NCBI GenBank assembly: GCA_003561145.1
Contig: PWXL01000114.1
Span: 1 to 48,023 of the forward strand
From: Candidatus Atribacteria bacterium
Lineage (GTDB): Bacteria > Atribacterota > Atribacteria > Atribacterales > Atribacteraceae
Reading direction: 5' to 3'
Length of the DNA stretch: 48,023 nt
Shown here: one piece after another, positions 37,919 through 48,023 of the stretch
Numbering within the stretch: the stretch's first letter is position 1
How the letters are laid out: every line of letters starts with the position of its first letter
Notes under the pieces: model-generated
Databases searched by the model: none
Seen by the model: only the letters and a program-made list of their open reading frames with translations
Told to the model about the DNA's origin: nothing
Made by a program: the position numbers and the translations under genes

Positions 37919-40087
37919 ATGACAGGTAACCAGAGAAAAGTCCTTTTTGTTTCATTTCTGGTTCTTTTTTCACTGTATGCTTTCCTGGCCTTGATTACCT
38001 TTGACGTAGGTATAGTAGGCGATATCATAGCAGACAGCTTTTTCCGTGCATTTGGAATCGGGGCCTATGCATTCCCTTTTTTGCTTTTTTATTACGCGTT
38101 CGAGATAGTCCGCTTTCAAAGATCAACGCGTTTTCGTTCTATCGGAAGAATAGTGGGGTTCTCAGGATGGTATCTTATTTTCCTCACCTTGAGCCAATGG
38201 AGAGCAAGTGAAAGTGGTTATGTTCTGGAATCGGGTCCTTTCGGAGGTACCACAGGAGACACCCTGTTTCGAACAGCTCTTCTGTATCTCGGTGAAACCG
38301 GTATGTTGCTCACACTGTTTGTTTTGTCTTTTCTCAGCACCTTTGCAGTGGGTGAGGGAAAATGGGTGTACACAACCGCCTCTCTTTTGAAAAAGATACC
38401 GGAGGTATCAATCCGGGTTCCATCTTTCAAGCGTAGTAAAGCAAAAATCCCCCCTCATACCCCCCTTGCCTTTACTCCTGGTGATCCGGTACCGGCCGGG
38501 AACGAGAGAATACACCGGTTGGATGATGAAGAATTTCATGAAGAGAGATTGGAGCACCACTTCGATCCTGCAGATCTCGATGTCCCCCGGAAGAGTAGTG
38601 TCTCTCCCAAGGTCATCATAGCTCATTCCCCCCAGCAGGAAGAGCGGAAACCGTTACCCCGGAAAAAGAAACGTTCGGAAGCAGGGGGTTGGCATATTCC
38701 GGGAAGCGGTCTTTTAAACCCTTACCAAAGAAATACCGAGAGAGTAACCACAGATGAGGTGAACAGAGGAATAATACGGCTGGAAAGGACACTCAACGAA
38801 TTCAATGTTGCAGGGAAAGTTATCAATGTTATGGTAGGACCAACCATCACCCGCTATGAATTTCAACCCGCACCCGGGGTAAAGGTCAATAAGGTTGTTG
38901 GTCTTTCCAATGACATCGCACTTTCTTTTGCTGCCGCTGCGGTACGAATTGAGGCTCCCATTCCCGGCAAGTCAGCCGTGGGTATTGAAATTCCCAACGA
39001 AAACAAAGAAATGGTGGTTTTTCGTGAACTGGTGGAAAGCCGTTCCTTTTCAAAGAGTCACTCTCCGCTTGTAATCGCTTTGGGAAAAGATGTCACGGGA
39101 AAGCATCTTATATGGGACTTAAAAAACGCTCCCCACTTGTTAATTGCAGGTGCCACGGGCTCCGGGAAGAGTGTCTGTATCAATTCAATACTCGGAAGCC
39201 TTCTCTACAGGGCTGATCCGAATCAGCTTCGTATCGCACTGATCGACCCCAAGAAAGTTGAACTCTCCCTGTACGGGGAACTCCCGCACTTATGCTCACC
39301 GGTTATTTCCGATGTACGCTGGGTGGTCAAGTTTTTGAAATGGATGTGTCGTGAAATGGATTCCCGTTACCAATTACTTTCAGATTTGGGAACCAGAAAT
39401 ATCGAAGAATATAATAATGTAATGGAAAGCAATGAAAAGCTGCCATATGTGGTGGTGGTCATTGACGAACTGGCCGACCTTATGATGACGGCACCTTCTG
39501 ATGTGGAAGCGTACATTTGTCGATTGGCCCAAATGGCCCGGGCGGTGGGTATACATCTTCTATTGGCTACCCAGAGGCCATCCGTAGATGTGATCACCGG
39601 CCTTATCAAGGCAAATTTTCCCTCCAGATTGGCTTTTGCGGTTTCATCTCAAGCTGATTCCAAAACCATCCTGGATGGGACAGGAGCCGAGAAACTGTTG
39701 GGAAACGGTGACTTACTGTTCTCTCCGGTGGGAGTCAATAAAGCCCTGCGTGGACAGGGAGCCTATATTTCCACCTCTGAAACAAAAAAAATCATTGACC
39801 ACTGGGCTCGCCAGGAAGGTGATATTTTTTATTCAATGGAATTCATACTCAAAGATGAACCCGAGGATGCTTACGATGAGGAGGAAGAGCTTTATCAGGA
39901 TGCTGTTTCTATTGTTTTGGAAAACGGAAAGGCTTCTACCTCCCTTTTACAGAGAAGGCTGCGGATCGGGTTCAACCGGGCAGCCCGCCTGATTGAAAAA
40001 ATGGAAAGAGATGGAGTGGTAGGGCCGTATGAGGGAAGTAAGCCAAGAAAAGTTATGATGAACAATAAAGGGGAAGGATTCTCATGA
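37919..40087 (+). CDS. ftsK: DNA translocase FtsK/SpoIIIE
   Basis: N-terminal TM helices, a linker, a motor domain with Walker A GATGSGKSV and DELADLMM, and a C-terminal gamma winged-helix (SLLQRRLRIGFNRAARLIEKME). Confidence 0.9.
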   Translation: MTGNQRKVLFVSFLVLFSLYAFLALITFDVGIVGDIIADSFFRAFGIGAYAFPFLLFYYAFEIVRFQRSTRFRSIGRIVGFSGWYLIFLTLSQWRASESGYVLESGPFGGTTGDTLFRTALLYLGETGMLLTLFVLSFLSTFAVGEGKWVYTTASLLKKIPEVSIRVPSFKRSKAKIPPHTPLAFTPGDPVPAGNERIHRLDDEEFHEERLEHHFDPADLDVPRKSSVSPKVIIAHSPQQEERKPLPRKKKRSEAGGWHIPGSGLLNPYQRNTERVTTDEVNRGIIRLERTLNEFNVAGKVINVMVGPTITRYEFQPAPGVKVNKVVGLSNDIALSFAAAAVRIEAPIPGKSAVGIEIPNENKEMVVFRELVESRSFSKSHSPLVIALGKDVTGKHLIWDLKNAPHLLIAGATGSGKSVCINSILGSLLYRADPNQLRIALIDPKKVELSLYGELPHLCSPVISDVRWVVKFLKWMCREMDSRYQLLSDLGTRNIEEYNNVMESNEKLPYVVVVIDELADLMMTAPSDVEAYICRLAQMARAVGIHLLLATQRPSVDVITGLIKANFPSRLAFAVSSQADSKTILDGTGAEKLLGNGDLLFSPVGVNKALRGQGAYISTSETKKIIDHWARQEGDIFYSMEFILKDEPEDAYDEEEELYQDAVSIVLENGKASTSLLQRRLRIGFNRAARLIEKMERDGVVGPYEGSKPRKVMMNNKGEGFS

Positions 40088-40842
40088 ACGAAGAAGGACG
40101 TCTTTCTGTAGGAGCGACATTGAAAAAAGCCAGGGAAGAAAAAGGACTTTCTCTCCAGGAAGTGGAGTCCCAAATCTTCATTATAGAAAAACACCTGGAA
40201 TATCTGGAAGCTGATAACTGGGACGCTTTACCCGGTCATTCGTATGCTCTTGGTTATATTAAAATATATGCCCGTTTACTGGGTCTTGATGATACAAAGC
40301 TCGTCGAGCAGTGGAAAAGATCCTTATCACAGGAACCCTCCCCATCACAAGAAAGAAGGATCGTGAAAAAGAGGGAGGAAAAAAGACGAGCGAAGAAAAT
40401 AAATCGTCTTTTTCGGAAAATACTTATTTTACTGGTCGTATTGACTGCTTTCTTTTCCGTACTTTTTGTGATACTGAATCTGGACACAGAAGGGGACACG
40501 GCGGAATATCCCATTGTTGAGCACGTTTCACCCGTACCCAGTCCCACGCCGGATGATACTGTTGCCGTAATTCCCGCTACACCGCCAGAGGAAGAAGAGG
40601 AGGAATTTGCCATTTCTCTCCTCCTTTCGGCAGAAGACCTGGCGTGGCTTGAGGTTGCCAGCGAGGGGAATACTGTTTTTGCCGATATTTTGGTTCCGGG
40701 CAAAGAATATACTTTTCGCAGCAACCTGCCGCTTGAACTATCCGGCAGAGACGGAGACCAGGTACTGGTTTTTCTCAATGGAACAGACATAGGAACACTT
40801 GCCGAAGAGGGGCAGGAGTTCAGCCGTGTTTTCACCCCATGA
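40084..40842 (+). CDS. rodZ: RodZ-like HTH / DUF4115 membrane protein
   Basis: N-terminal Xre-type HTH (VGATLKKAREEKGLSLQEVESQ), a basic stretch followed by one TM helix, a Pro/Glu linker and a C-terminal beta-rich domain. Confidence 0.68.
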   Translation: MNEEGRLSVGATLKKAREEKGLSLQEVESQIFIIEKHLEYLEADNWDALPGHSYALGYIKIYARLLGLDDTKLVEQWKRSLSQEPSPSQERRIVKKREEKRRAKKINRLFRKILILLVVLTAFFSVLFVILNLDTEGDTAEYPIVEHVSPVPSPTPDDTVAVIPATPPEEEEEEFAISLLLSAEDLAWLEVASEGNTVFADILVPGKEYTFRSNLPLELSGRDGDQVLVFLNGTDIGTLAEEGQEFSRVFTP

Positions 40843-42176
40843 AAAGGGCGGCGGTTATATCACTGGGGTGTGACAAAAACCTGGTGGATTCAGAAGTTGT
40901 AAGCGGTAAGCTTTTGGAAGAGGGTTTTGACTGCTTGTGTTCTCCAGAAGAGGCAGATTGTGTTGTGCTCAATACGTGTGCTTTCATGGAAGATGCCTGC
41001 CGGGAAAGCTATGAATGGATTGAGAAGCTGTGTTCTTTAAAGAAAAACTCCACTGATAAGACCCTGCTGGTAATGGGCTGTCTTCCGTCCCGCTTCGGAG
41101 AAGACCTTACCGTGCGCTTTCCATCCGTGGACTGCTGGGTGACACCTGATGCACTCCCACACGTTCCGCGTCTTTTACAAGAAAAAGCACAGGGATACAT
41201 TACAGAAAAGAAACCCTACCTGTATAATGAAGCAACAGCCCGTCTCCTCTCCACTCCCTCGCATTTTGCCTATCTCAAAATAGCTGAAGGCTGTAACCAC
41301 CGGTGTACTTTTTGCATCATTCCACGACTGCGAGGTCCTCTACGCAGCCGCAGCCTTGCATCCATTGAAAAGGAGGCGCGTAATCTGGCGGGCATGGGAG
41401 TAAAAGAATTTATTCTCGTAGCACAAGATGTAGGATCTTATGGAGTGGATCTGTATCATCGCCGGGCGCTTCCTCTTCTCTTGCGGCGTTTGGGAAAAGT
41501 GCTTCCCGCTGAAAGCTGGATACGGCTTCTCTATGTTTCTCCTGAAAGCCTTAATAATGAACTTATTGAGGCAATAGCAGGAATTCCCCAGGTATGCCGG
41601 TACGTGGATATTCCTCTCCAACACGCCGACCCGAAAATCTTGCAGGCCATGAACCGCCCCCCCAACATAGAACCGGTACTGGATACTATCCAATACCTGA
41701 GGTCTTTGCTTCCCGAAATGGTTTTCAGAACAACATTGGTAACCGGTTTCCCCGGGGAGGGGGAAGAAGAGCATCAAAAGGTGCTTGAACTCATGCGTGC
41801 AGTCACTTTCGAGCGCCTTGGAGTGTTTCCTTACTCAGAGGGAAGCGATTGTGCTTCCAGCAGCCTGCACCCAAAAGTACCCGGGGAAATAGCACTACAA
41901 AGAGCCGGGGAAATTATGGCACTCCAAAAAAAAATTATGCACTCTTTCCACCTGTCACTGCTGGGTAAAAAGATTCCAGTGATCGTAGAAGAAAAAGTTT
42001 CCTCTGGAGCACGCAGAGGGAGGGGAAAATATGCAGGTCGTTCCTATGCTGATGCCCCGGGCGTTGATTGTCACATCTCTCTGCGCGGGGTGCCGGGGAA
42101 TGGCCAAACCGGTTCTCTCAGAATGGCAAAAGTTACCAGGGCAAACATATTCGAGCTCGAAGGGGTGCTGCTGTGA
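40839..42176 (+). CDS. rimO: ribosomal protein S12 methylthiotransferase RimO (MiaB-family radical SAM)
   Basis: VISLGCDKNLVDSE N-terminus, NTCAF, the radical-SAM cluster CNHRCTFC and a C-terminal TRAM-like domain. Confidence 0.82.
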   Translation: MKRAAVISLGCDKNLVDSEVVSGKLLEEGFDCLCSPEEADCVVLNTCAFMEDACRESYEWIEKLCSLKKNSTDKTLLVMGCLPSRFGEDLTVRFPSVDCWVTPDALPHVPRLLQEKAQGYITEKKPYLYNEATARLLSTPSHFAYLKIAEGCNHRCTFCIIPRLRGPLRSRSLASIEKEARNLAGMGVKEFILVAQDVGSYGVDLYHRRALPLLLRRLGKVLPAESWIRLLYVSPESLNNELIEAIAGIPQVCRYVDIPLQHADPKILQAMNRPPNIEPVLDTIQYLRSLLPEMVFRTTLVTGFPGEGEEEHQKVLELMRAVTFERLGVFPYSEGSDCASSSLHPKVPGEIALQRAGEIMALQKKIMHSFHLSLLGKKIPVIVEEKVSSGARRGRGKYAGRSYADAPGVDCHISLRGVPGNGQTGSLRMAKVTRANIFELEGVLL

Positions 42177-43498
42177 AAGCGGGTATCCTCTGCGTGGGAA
42201 CAGAAATAGTTACAGGTCTTGTGATGGAACGGAATGCCGCATACCTTTCCTCCCGCCTGGCAGAGGAAGGGTGTATCACCAAAAACATCATCTGTGTACC
42301 GGACGAAGCTGCAACCATCCGGCATTCTTTGGAATTTCTCTTAGGGGATTCAGAAATATCATCTATTATCATTACAGGGGGACTTGGGCCCACCGATGAT
42401 GATATAACCCGGGAAGCTGTTGCCCAGGTAGCCGGGGTGGAACTCTTTTTCGACCAGGAAAGCTGGGAACGAATCGTCGGTTTCTATCGAAGTATCCGGT
42501 ATACAGATCCACCGCGGAATAACAGACGTCAAGCCATGATGCCCCTGGGTGCACAGGTACTGGCCAATGGGAAAGGAACGGCACCCGGATTTATGGTAGA
42601 AAAAAATGGCAAAAAGATTATCGTTCTCCCCGGTGTTCCAATTGAGGTTGAGTATTTTTGGGAAACAGTCAGAAAACTCTTACCTGGAAAGAAAAGGGGC
42701 ACTTTTTTCCGTACACAGGTTTTAAAATTTTGCGGTTTGGGTGAATCGCGGTTTGCCGAGATGATTGCACCGTATCTCTCAGGGATGCCCGATTCCCTCA
42801 AGGCGGCATATTTGCCCCGCTATGGGGAAGTATGGTTGTATCTTTACGGAGACATACAAGGCGATACTGCCAGGAAAGAAGCCCTGCAGAGAATGAATGT
42901 CATCGCAGAACATCTTCGGAGTTACCTGTTTTCCGGTTTCGGCAATACCTTGGCCGAGGCCGTGGGAAATCTCTTGGTGTCAGCCGGTCAAAAGATAGCC
43001 GTCTGTGAATCGTGTACCGGTGGTTTCCTGGGAGAGATCCTCACTGAAGTTCCGGGAAGTTCAGCTTTTTTTGAACGAGGGTATATTACCTACAGCAACC
43101 GCTCCAAGGTCGAAGATCTCTCGATATCGCCCCTCCTTCTTGAGGAAAAGGGCGCAGTGAGCGAGGAAGTCGCAGAAGAGATGGCACGAAATGTTCGGTC
43201 CAAGGCACGGACTGACTACGGCTTGGCAATAACAGGGATAGCAGGTCCAACAGGGGGTTCGGCTCTGAAACCCGTGGGTCTGGTATATCTCTCGCTTGCC
43301 GGTCCGGAAGAAGTTTCGGTGAGAGAATTTCAATTCCCCGGTGACCGGGAAACAGTCAGAAAAATGAGTGTTCATTCGGCATTAAGCGTATTGTTCTTTA
43401 CCCTGCGTGGAAGTCCACACATTCTTCTTGGTTGGGAAAAAGATAAAACCATACGAATGAGGGGGGGAGAGAGATCTCGTGGAGGACCGGAAGAATAA
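42173..43498 (+). CDS. cinA: competence/damage-inducible protein CinA (MoCF-like domain plus PncC nicotinamide-nucleotide amidase)
   Basis: VKAGILCVGTEIVTG N-terminus, ITGGLGPTDDDITRE, and C-terminal ESCTGG...GIAGPTGG. GTG 42173 forms a GTGA overlap with the rimO stop. The ORF track begins at 42068. Confidence 0.88.
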   Translation: MKAGILCVGTEIVTGLVMERNAAYLSSRLAEEGCITKNIICVPDEAATIRHSLEFLLGDSEISSIIITGGLGPTDDDITREAVAQVAGVELFFDQESWERIVGFYRSIRYTDPPRNNRRQAMMPLGAQVLANGKGTAPGFMVEKNGKKIIVLPGVPIEVEYFWETVRKLLPGKKRGTFFRTQVLKFCGLGESRFAEMIAPYLSGMPDSLKAAYLPRYGEVWLYLYGDIQGDTARKEALQRMNVIAEHLRSYLFSGFGNTLAEAVGNLLVSAGQKIAVCESCTGGFLGEILTEVPGSSAFFERGYITYSNRSKVEDLSISPLLLEEKGAVSEEVAEEMARNVRSKARTDYGLAITGIAGPTGGSALKPVGLVYLSLAGPEEVSVREFQFPGDRETVRKMSVHSALSVLFFTLRGSPHILLGWEKDKTIRMRGGERSRGGPEE

Positions 43499-44054
43499 AC
43501 GACGGGAAATCAGGAGCTTTGTCGCTTTAGACATACCGGCTGAAGCCAAACAATATCTAAAAAACCTCATAGAATCACGCATACATGCACTAGAGGGTGC
43601 CCGTTGGATTCGGCCGGAACAGATGCATTTTACCTTGAAATTTTTCCCTTCTTTTCCTTTGGAACGATTAGTGGAAATGAGAGGCCTCTTCAGCACACTG
43701 AGTGGGAGCTTTTCTCCCATCACCGTGGTACTCGAAAACATGGGCGTGTTTCCCTCTCCCTCCAAAGCACGGGTATTATGGGTAGGCACAGATTCCTTAT
43801 CTGCCCGTACACTGTGTTCTTTGGCCAATACCCTGGAAAATGCTTGTGAACGGCTGGGTTTCATGAAAGAGAAGAGACCTTTTGTACCCCATATAACCAT
43901 AGCGCGTTTTCGTAATCCACGTGCTGTGCCACCGAATATTTTGCATATGGACAACTCTTGTGAGACCATAGTGCACAGGCTGGTTTTCTACCAGAGCACG
44001 CTCACACCTTCAGGGGCGATGTATCACCCTTTGTGCGAATACAGCTTGGAGTGA
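43479..44054 (+). CDS. thpR: RNA 2',3'-cyclic phosphodiesterase (2H family, ThpR/LigT)
   Basis: Two HxT/S motifs: MHFTLKF and PHITIARF. ~190 aa. GTG start downstream of a GAGGGGGGGAGAGAG purine tract, overlapping the cinA end. Confidence 0.8.
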   Translation: MEDRKNKRREIRSFVALDIPAEAKQYLKNLIESRIHALEGARWIRPEQMHFTLKFFPSFPLERLVEMRGLFSTLSGSFSPITVVLENMGVFPSPSKARVLWVGTDSLSARTLCSLANTLENACERLGFMKEKRPFVPHITIARFRNPRAVPPNILHMDNSCETIVHRLVFYQSTLTPSGAMYHPLCEYSLE

Positions 44055-44135
44055 GCGATACACTCAGATAACTCCTTACACCAGTATGTGGAGAACGAAC
44101 ATGAACAATGGAATAGAGAGAAGGAGTGAGTTTGC

Positions 44136-45146
44136 GTGAATGAACGGGAAGAAATGGTGAAACAAGCAATCGGCATGATAGAAAAGAAATATGGTAAAGG
44201 GTCAATCATGTTTTTGGATCAGCACAATACGCTTGCTGATGTAGAGGTCGTGAAAACCGGTTCGATTCTGCTCAATATTGCCCTGGGCGTAGGAGGCTTA
44301 CCCCGGGGGAGAGTTGTAGAAGTGTATGGACCGGAAGGGTCAGGAAAAACAACCATTGCTCTGCACGCTATAGCCCAGTCTCAAAAGAACGGTGGGGTAG
44401 CGGCATTTGTAGACGCTGAACACGCACTGGACCCGGCGTATGCGAGTAAAATTGGTGTACAGATGGATAAACTCCTGATCTCCCAGCCGGGTACGGCTGA
44501 AGAGGCTTTAGACATCGTCGATACCCTGGTGCGCAGTGGCGGGGTTGATATCGTCGTCCTCGATTCGGTCGCCGCCCTTGTTCCCCGTACCGAACTCGAG
44601 GGAAGCATCGGTGATCAAACAGTGGGGCTACAGGCACGCTTGATGTCTCAAGCATTACGAAAGCTTACCGGTTACATCAGTAAAACGCACACAGTGGCTA
44701 TTTTTGTCAACCAACTACGGGAAAAGATCGGTGTTATGTTCGGCTCCTCGGAAACAACTCCCGGTGGAAGGGCTCTGAAATTTTATTCCAGTGTACGGAT
44801 AGACGTGCGTAAAAGAGAATTTATCCGGGATTCCCGTGACCAGATCATTGGATCCAAAACACGGCTCAAAGTGGTCAAAAATAAGGTGGCATCTCCCTTT
44901 AAGGAAGTGGAAATAGAGCTTATTTACGGAGAAGGAGTTTCCTCTGAAGGTGAGATCCTTGCCTTGGGTGAGGAGACCCGACTGCTGAAAAAATCCGGGA
45001 GCTGGTTTTCTTTTGATGAATACCGCCTGGGGCAGGGTCGTGACAACGTACGCCAATACCTGAAGGACAATCCTGATGTAGCTGAAAAACTATTGTTGTC
45101 AGCACTGGAAAAACTTGAAATAGAGCCGAAAAGAGCCATGAATTGA
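44136..45146 (+). CDS. recA: recombinase RecA
   Basis: [11 protein letters not shown], Walker [63 protein letters not shown] start sits 9 nt after AAGGAG. Confidence 0.97.
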   Translation: MNEREEMVKQAIGMIEKKYGKGSIMFLDQHNTLADVEVVKTGSILLNIALGVGGLPRGRVVEVYGPEGSGKTTIALHAIAQSQKNGGVAAFVDAEHALDPAYASKIGVQMDKLLISQPGTAEEALDIVDTLVRSGGVDIVVLDSVAALVPRTELEGSIGDQTVGLQARLMSQALRKLTGYISKTHTVAIFVNQLREKIGVMFGSSETTPGGRALKFYSSVRIDVRKREFIRDSRDQIIGSKTRLKVVKNKVASPFKEVEIELIYGEGVSSEGEILALGEETRLLKKSGSWFSFDEYRLGQGRDNVRQYLKDNPDVAEKLLLSALEKLEIEPKRAMN

Positions 45147-45147
45147 T

Positions 45148-45615
45148 ATGACTGGTAGAAGAAACGCCCATCAACGGGCGGCGCAGTTGCTTGCCCGCCG
45201 GATGTACACCAGAAAAGAGCTGGAAGAAAAATTGTGTCAAGACGGTTATAGTAAGGCAGATATACATACAGCGCTCGAAGATTTTCACAGAGATGGATAC
45301 TTGAATGACGAAGAGTATATACGGCGCTTCGTAGAGGACCGCCGTACCTTTCGACCGCGTGGATATTATGGGTTACAGGCTGAACTTGCCCAACGTGGAA
45401 TTCCATCACGCATACTTGATACCTTGCGCGAGTATTATTCAACTACAGATGAGAGAAGCGATGCTCTTCGATTGCTGGAGAGCTGGGCTCAGGGAGAAGA
45501 AAAGCCCGATCGTAACCGCTTCGTTCGGAGGCTTTTTTCACGCGGGTTTACCGATTCCGCGATAGAAAATGCCTGGAGGGAAATGCTTGAAAAGCGCTAC
45601 AACCTTCGTTCTTGA
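45148..45615 (+). CDS. recX: recombination regulator RecX
   Basis: 155 aa helical-repeat protein (AAQLLARRMYTRKELEEKL...GYLNDEEYIRRFVEDR), located directly after recA. Confidence 0.88.
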   Translation: MTGRRNAHQRAAQLLARRMYTRKELEEKLCQDGYSKADIHTALEDFHRDGYLNDEEYIRRFVEDRRTFRPRGYYGLQAELAQRGIPSRILDTLREYYSTTDERSDALRLLESWAQGEEKPDRNRFVRRLFSRGFTDSAIENAWREMLEKRYNLRS

Positions 45616-45640
45616 CGATAGCGGGACAGCCGTATAGAAT
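45612..45640 (+). promoter_or_regulatory. candidate promoter of rny-ymdB
   Basis: TTGACG (45612..45617, overlapping the recX stop), 17 nt spacer, TAGAAT (45635..45640). SD AAGGGGTGA lies ahead of the rny ATG. Confidence 0.55.
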
Positions 45641-45692
45641 GAGTGGACTGTACGCGGTACTTTGAAAATTGAATAAGGGGTGAAACGAAAAC

Positions 45693-47222
45693 ATGGCATT
45701 GGTCTATTTGCTGTTAGGTGTTTGCGCTGGAATCGCTGCAGGAATGTTCTTTCGAACGCTGCAGCTTAAAAAAAATCAGATGGCCACCCAACACAAGGTG
45801 GAAGAAATAATTCGTGAAGCCACCAGGCAAGCTGAATCTCTCAAAAAGGAATCTCTTATTAGTGCCAAAGAAGAAATTCTGCATGAGAGGAAGACCCTGG
45901 AAGATGAAGTACGTGACAAGCGGAAGGAACTTCAAATTCTTGAAGACCGTTTTTTACGCCGGGAAGATATGATAGAAAGGCGTATGGACCAGTTGGAGAA
46001 AAAAGAAAGCACCCTTGACAACCTGAGGCAGGAAATCGATCGAACACTGACAGAAGCCGAAAAGCTCAAAGAAACACAAGCAAGAGAGCTTACCCGTGTT
46101 GCAGGTCTTACTGTGGAACAGGCCAAAGAAGAACTTTTAAGAACAGTGGAAAAAAACCTGGAATACGAAATTGGCATACGAATCAAAGAAGCAGAGGAAC
46201 GTGCCAGGAAAGATGCAGAGCGTATTGCGCGGGAACTCGTGGTGAATTCCATACAGAGATACGCGGCGGAATTTACAGCGGATAATACGGTAGCTGTTGT
46301 TTCGCTTCCCAGTGATGATATGAAAGGAAGGATCATCGGAAGGGAAGGGCGAAATATCAGGTCTTTTGAGATGATGACAGGTGTAGATCTCATTATCGAT
46401 GATACACCCGAGGCTGTCATAATTTCGTCTTTTGATCCCATCAGGCGCGAGATTGCTCGAATATCCCTGGAAAAATTGATTGGTGACGGGCGAATTCATC
46501 CGGCTCGTATTGAAGAACTTATTGAAAAAGCAAAGCTACAAGTAGAAGACAGAATCATTCAGGAAGGTGAGCAAGCTCTTTTTGATACCGGTGTAAAAAA
46601 CATCAATCCTGATTTGATTAAACTGTTGGGTAAGTTGTTTTACCGTACCAGTTACGGACAGAATGTTTTACAGCATTCCAAGGAGGTAGCCTTTTTTGCA
46701 GGCTTAATGGCCAGTGAGTTGGGATTAAACCCCACGATTGTGAGAAGAGCCGGACTCCTCCATGACATTGGCAAAGCCGTAGATCACGAAGTGGAAGGCC
46801 CTCATGCCATTATAGGGAAAGAATTGGTAGCACGGTACGGTGAAAAAGAGGAAGTCATACACGCTGTGGAAGCCCATCACTCTGATGTCGAGCCGGAGAC
46901 AATAGAGGCAGCCCTCGTTCAATCCGCAGATGCCATATCCGCATCCCGCCCGGGTGCCCGGCGGGAAAGCCTTGAATCTTACATCAAACGATTGGAGCAG
47001 TTGGAGAACATTGCCAGTGATTTTGAAGGCGTGGATAAGTCTTACGCCATACAGGCGGGGAGAGAAGTGCGTATCATTGTCAAGCCTGAGAAGCTCGACG
47101 ACGCCCGTTCGGCCAAACTGGCCCACGATGTGGTGAAAAGAGTTGAAAAAGAACTTGAATATCCCGGACAAATACGGGTAACAGTCATCAGAGAAACTCG
47201 GGCTGTAGAATATGCAAAATAA
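45693..47222 (+). CDS. rny: ribonuclease Y
   Basis: N-terminal TM helix, long coiled coil, KH domain ([15 protein letters not shown]) and HD domain (LLHDIGKA...EAHH). Confidence 0.95.
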   Translation: MALVYLLLGVCAGIAAGMFFRTLQLKKNQMATQHKVEEIIREATRQAESLKKESLISAKEEILHERKTLEDEVRDKRKELQILEDRFLRREDMIERRMDQLEKKESTLDNLRQEIDRTLTEAEKLKETQARELTRVAGLTVEQAKEELLRTVEKNLEYEIGIRIKEAEERARKDAERIARELVVNSIQRYAAEFTADNTVAVVSLPSDDMKGRIIGREGRNIRSFEMMTGVDLIIDDTPEAVIISSFDPIRREIARISLEKLIGDGRIHPARIEELIEKAKLQVEDRIIQEGEQALFDTGVKNINPDLIKLLGKLFYRTSYGQNVLQHSKEVAFFAGLMASELGLNPTIVRRAGLLHDIGKAVDHEVEGPHAIIGKELVARYGEKEEVIHAVEAHHSDVEPETIEAALVQSADAISASRPGARRESLESYIKRLEQLENIASDFEGVDKSYAIQAGREVRIIVKPEKLDDARSAKLAHDVVKRVEKELEYPGQIRVTVIRETRAVEYAK

Positions 47223-47239
47223 ACAGCGGGAGAAGACGA

Positions 47240-48013
47240 GTGCGTTTTCTTATCGTGGGTGACGTGGTAGGTCGGCCGGGTCGGAGAATTTTACAGGAAA
47301 AACTCCCGTATTTGAGAAAAACACATGCTGTGGATGCTGTGATAGTTAACGGAGAAAACGCAGCTGCAGGATTGGGGATCACTCCCCAGGTATGTGAAGA
47401 AATTCTTGACATGGGGGTCGATGTTATTACCAGCGGAAACCACATATGGGATAAAAAAGAAATACTCGAATATATAGCGCATCAGCCACGCTTGCTTCGG
47501 CCGTTAAACTATCCTGAAGGAGTACCGGGACAGGGTGGATTACTTTTGGAAACACGGGGGATTCCCTGGGCGGTGATCAGTCTCAATGGAAGGGTTTTCA
47601 TGAATTCCCTTGATTGCCCCTTCAGGCGCGTCGAAGAGCATATCGCCGGTATACCCGGCAACACCAAGGTGGTGATTGTCGATTTTCATGCTGAAGCCAC
47701 CTCCGAGAAAATTGCCATGGCCTGGTATCTTGATGGTAAGGTTTCCTGCCTGGTGGGTACCCATACTCATGTTCCGACCGCCGATGAGCAGCTTTTCCCC
47801 CGCGGGATGGCATATATCAGTGATATCGGGATGACCGGTGCTCACAATTCTATTATTGGAGTTGAGGTGAAACAAATTTTGCATAGATTTTTAACCCAGA
47901 TGCCCGTTAAGAATATCGTCGCCAAGGAAAACCTCTTTTTGAACGGTGTGCTGGTTGATGTTGATAACGGAAGCGGAAAAGCCAAGGGAATACAAAGGAT
48001 TTCCGTGCAATAG
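47240..48013 (+). CDS. ymdB: YmdB-family metallophosphoesterase (2',3'-cyclic-nucleotide 2'-phosphodiesterase)
   Basis: MRFLIVGDVVGRPGR, NGENAAAGLGIT, TSGNHIWDKKE, DFHAEATSEK, GTHTHVPTADE. The position after rny is conserved. Confidence 0.88.
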   Translation: MRFLIVGDVVGRPGRRILQEKLPYLRKTHAVDAVIVNGENAAAGLGITPQVCEEILDMGVDVITSGNHIWDKKEILEYIAHQPRLLRPLNYPEGVPGQGGLLLETRGIPWAVISLNGRVFMNSLDCPFRRVEEHIAGIPGNTKVVIVDFHAEATSEKIAMAWYLDGKVSCLVGTHTHVPTADEQLFPRGMAYISDIGMTGAHNSIIGVEVKQILHRFLTQMPVKNIVAKENLFLNGVLVDVDNGSGKAKGIQRISVQ

Positions 48014-48023
48014 TTGCCCGCTA

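Overview
This 48 kb window is a dense housekeeping block, almost entirely on the plus strand. I call 42 protein genes plus one tRNA-Leu; only the tRNA and a class A PBP are on the minus strand.

Gene order:
- tRNA-Leu(CAA), Pol I-like 5'-nuclease protein, glgA, coaE
- uvrB, uvrA, uvrC, whiA
- orphan MsmX/MalK-type ABC ATPase
- gap, tpiA, secG, archaeal-type nicotinate phosphoribosyltransferase
- infC, rpmI, rplT, pheS, pheT, cvpA, mutS2
- PBP1A (minus strand)
- queT, tyrS
- rimP, nusA, ylxR, infB, DUF503, rbfA, nrnA, truB, ribF, rpsO, pnp, ftsK, rodZ-like, rimO, cinA, thpR, recA, recX, rny, ymdB

The synteny is Firmicutes/Thermotogae-like (pheST-cvpA-mutS2; rimP-nusA-ylxR-infB-rbfA-truB-ribF-rpsO-pnp; cinA-recA-rny-ymdB). 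Many gene junctions are 4-nt ATGA/GTGA overlaps. I cannot assign a taxon from the sequence alone.

I see no CRISPR array, transposase, integrase, phage gene, toxin-antitoxin pair, defence-type gene or rRNA. I therefore do not find evidence for a novel multi-gene accessory system here.

The items most worth a second look are single-locus oddities:
1. A Pol I-derived protein that keeps an intact 5'-nuclease but has only a roughly 290-aa, apparently finger-less and catalytically degenerate polymerase remnant.
2. The only large non-coding gap (404 bp, tyrS to rimP). It holds a 15-nt GC-palindromic tandem repeat, a good promoter and a leader of about 245 nt with two or three terminator-like hairpins. 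This could be a NusA-type attenuator or an unclassified RNA.
3. pnp, whose conserved N-terminus has no in-frame ATG/GTG/TTG start.

All protein calls rest on reading the supplied translations for family motifs. No database search was run.
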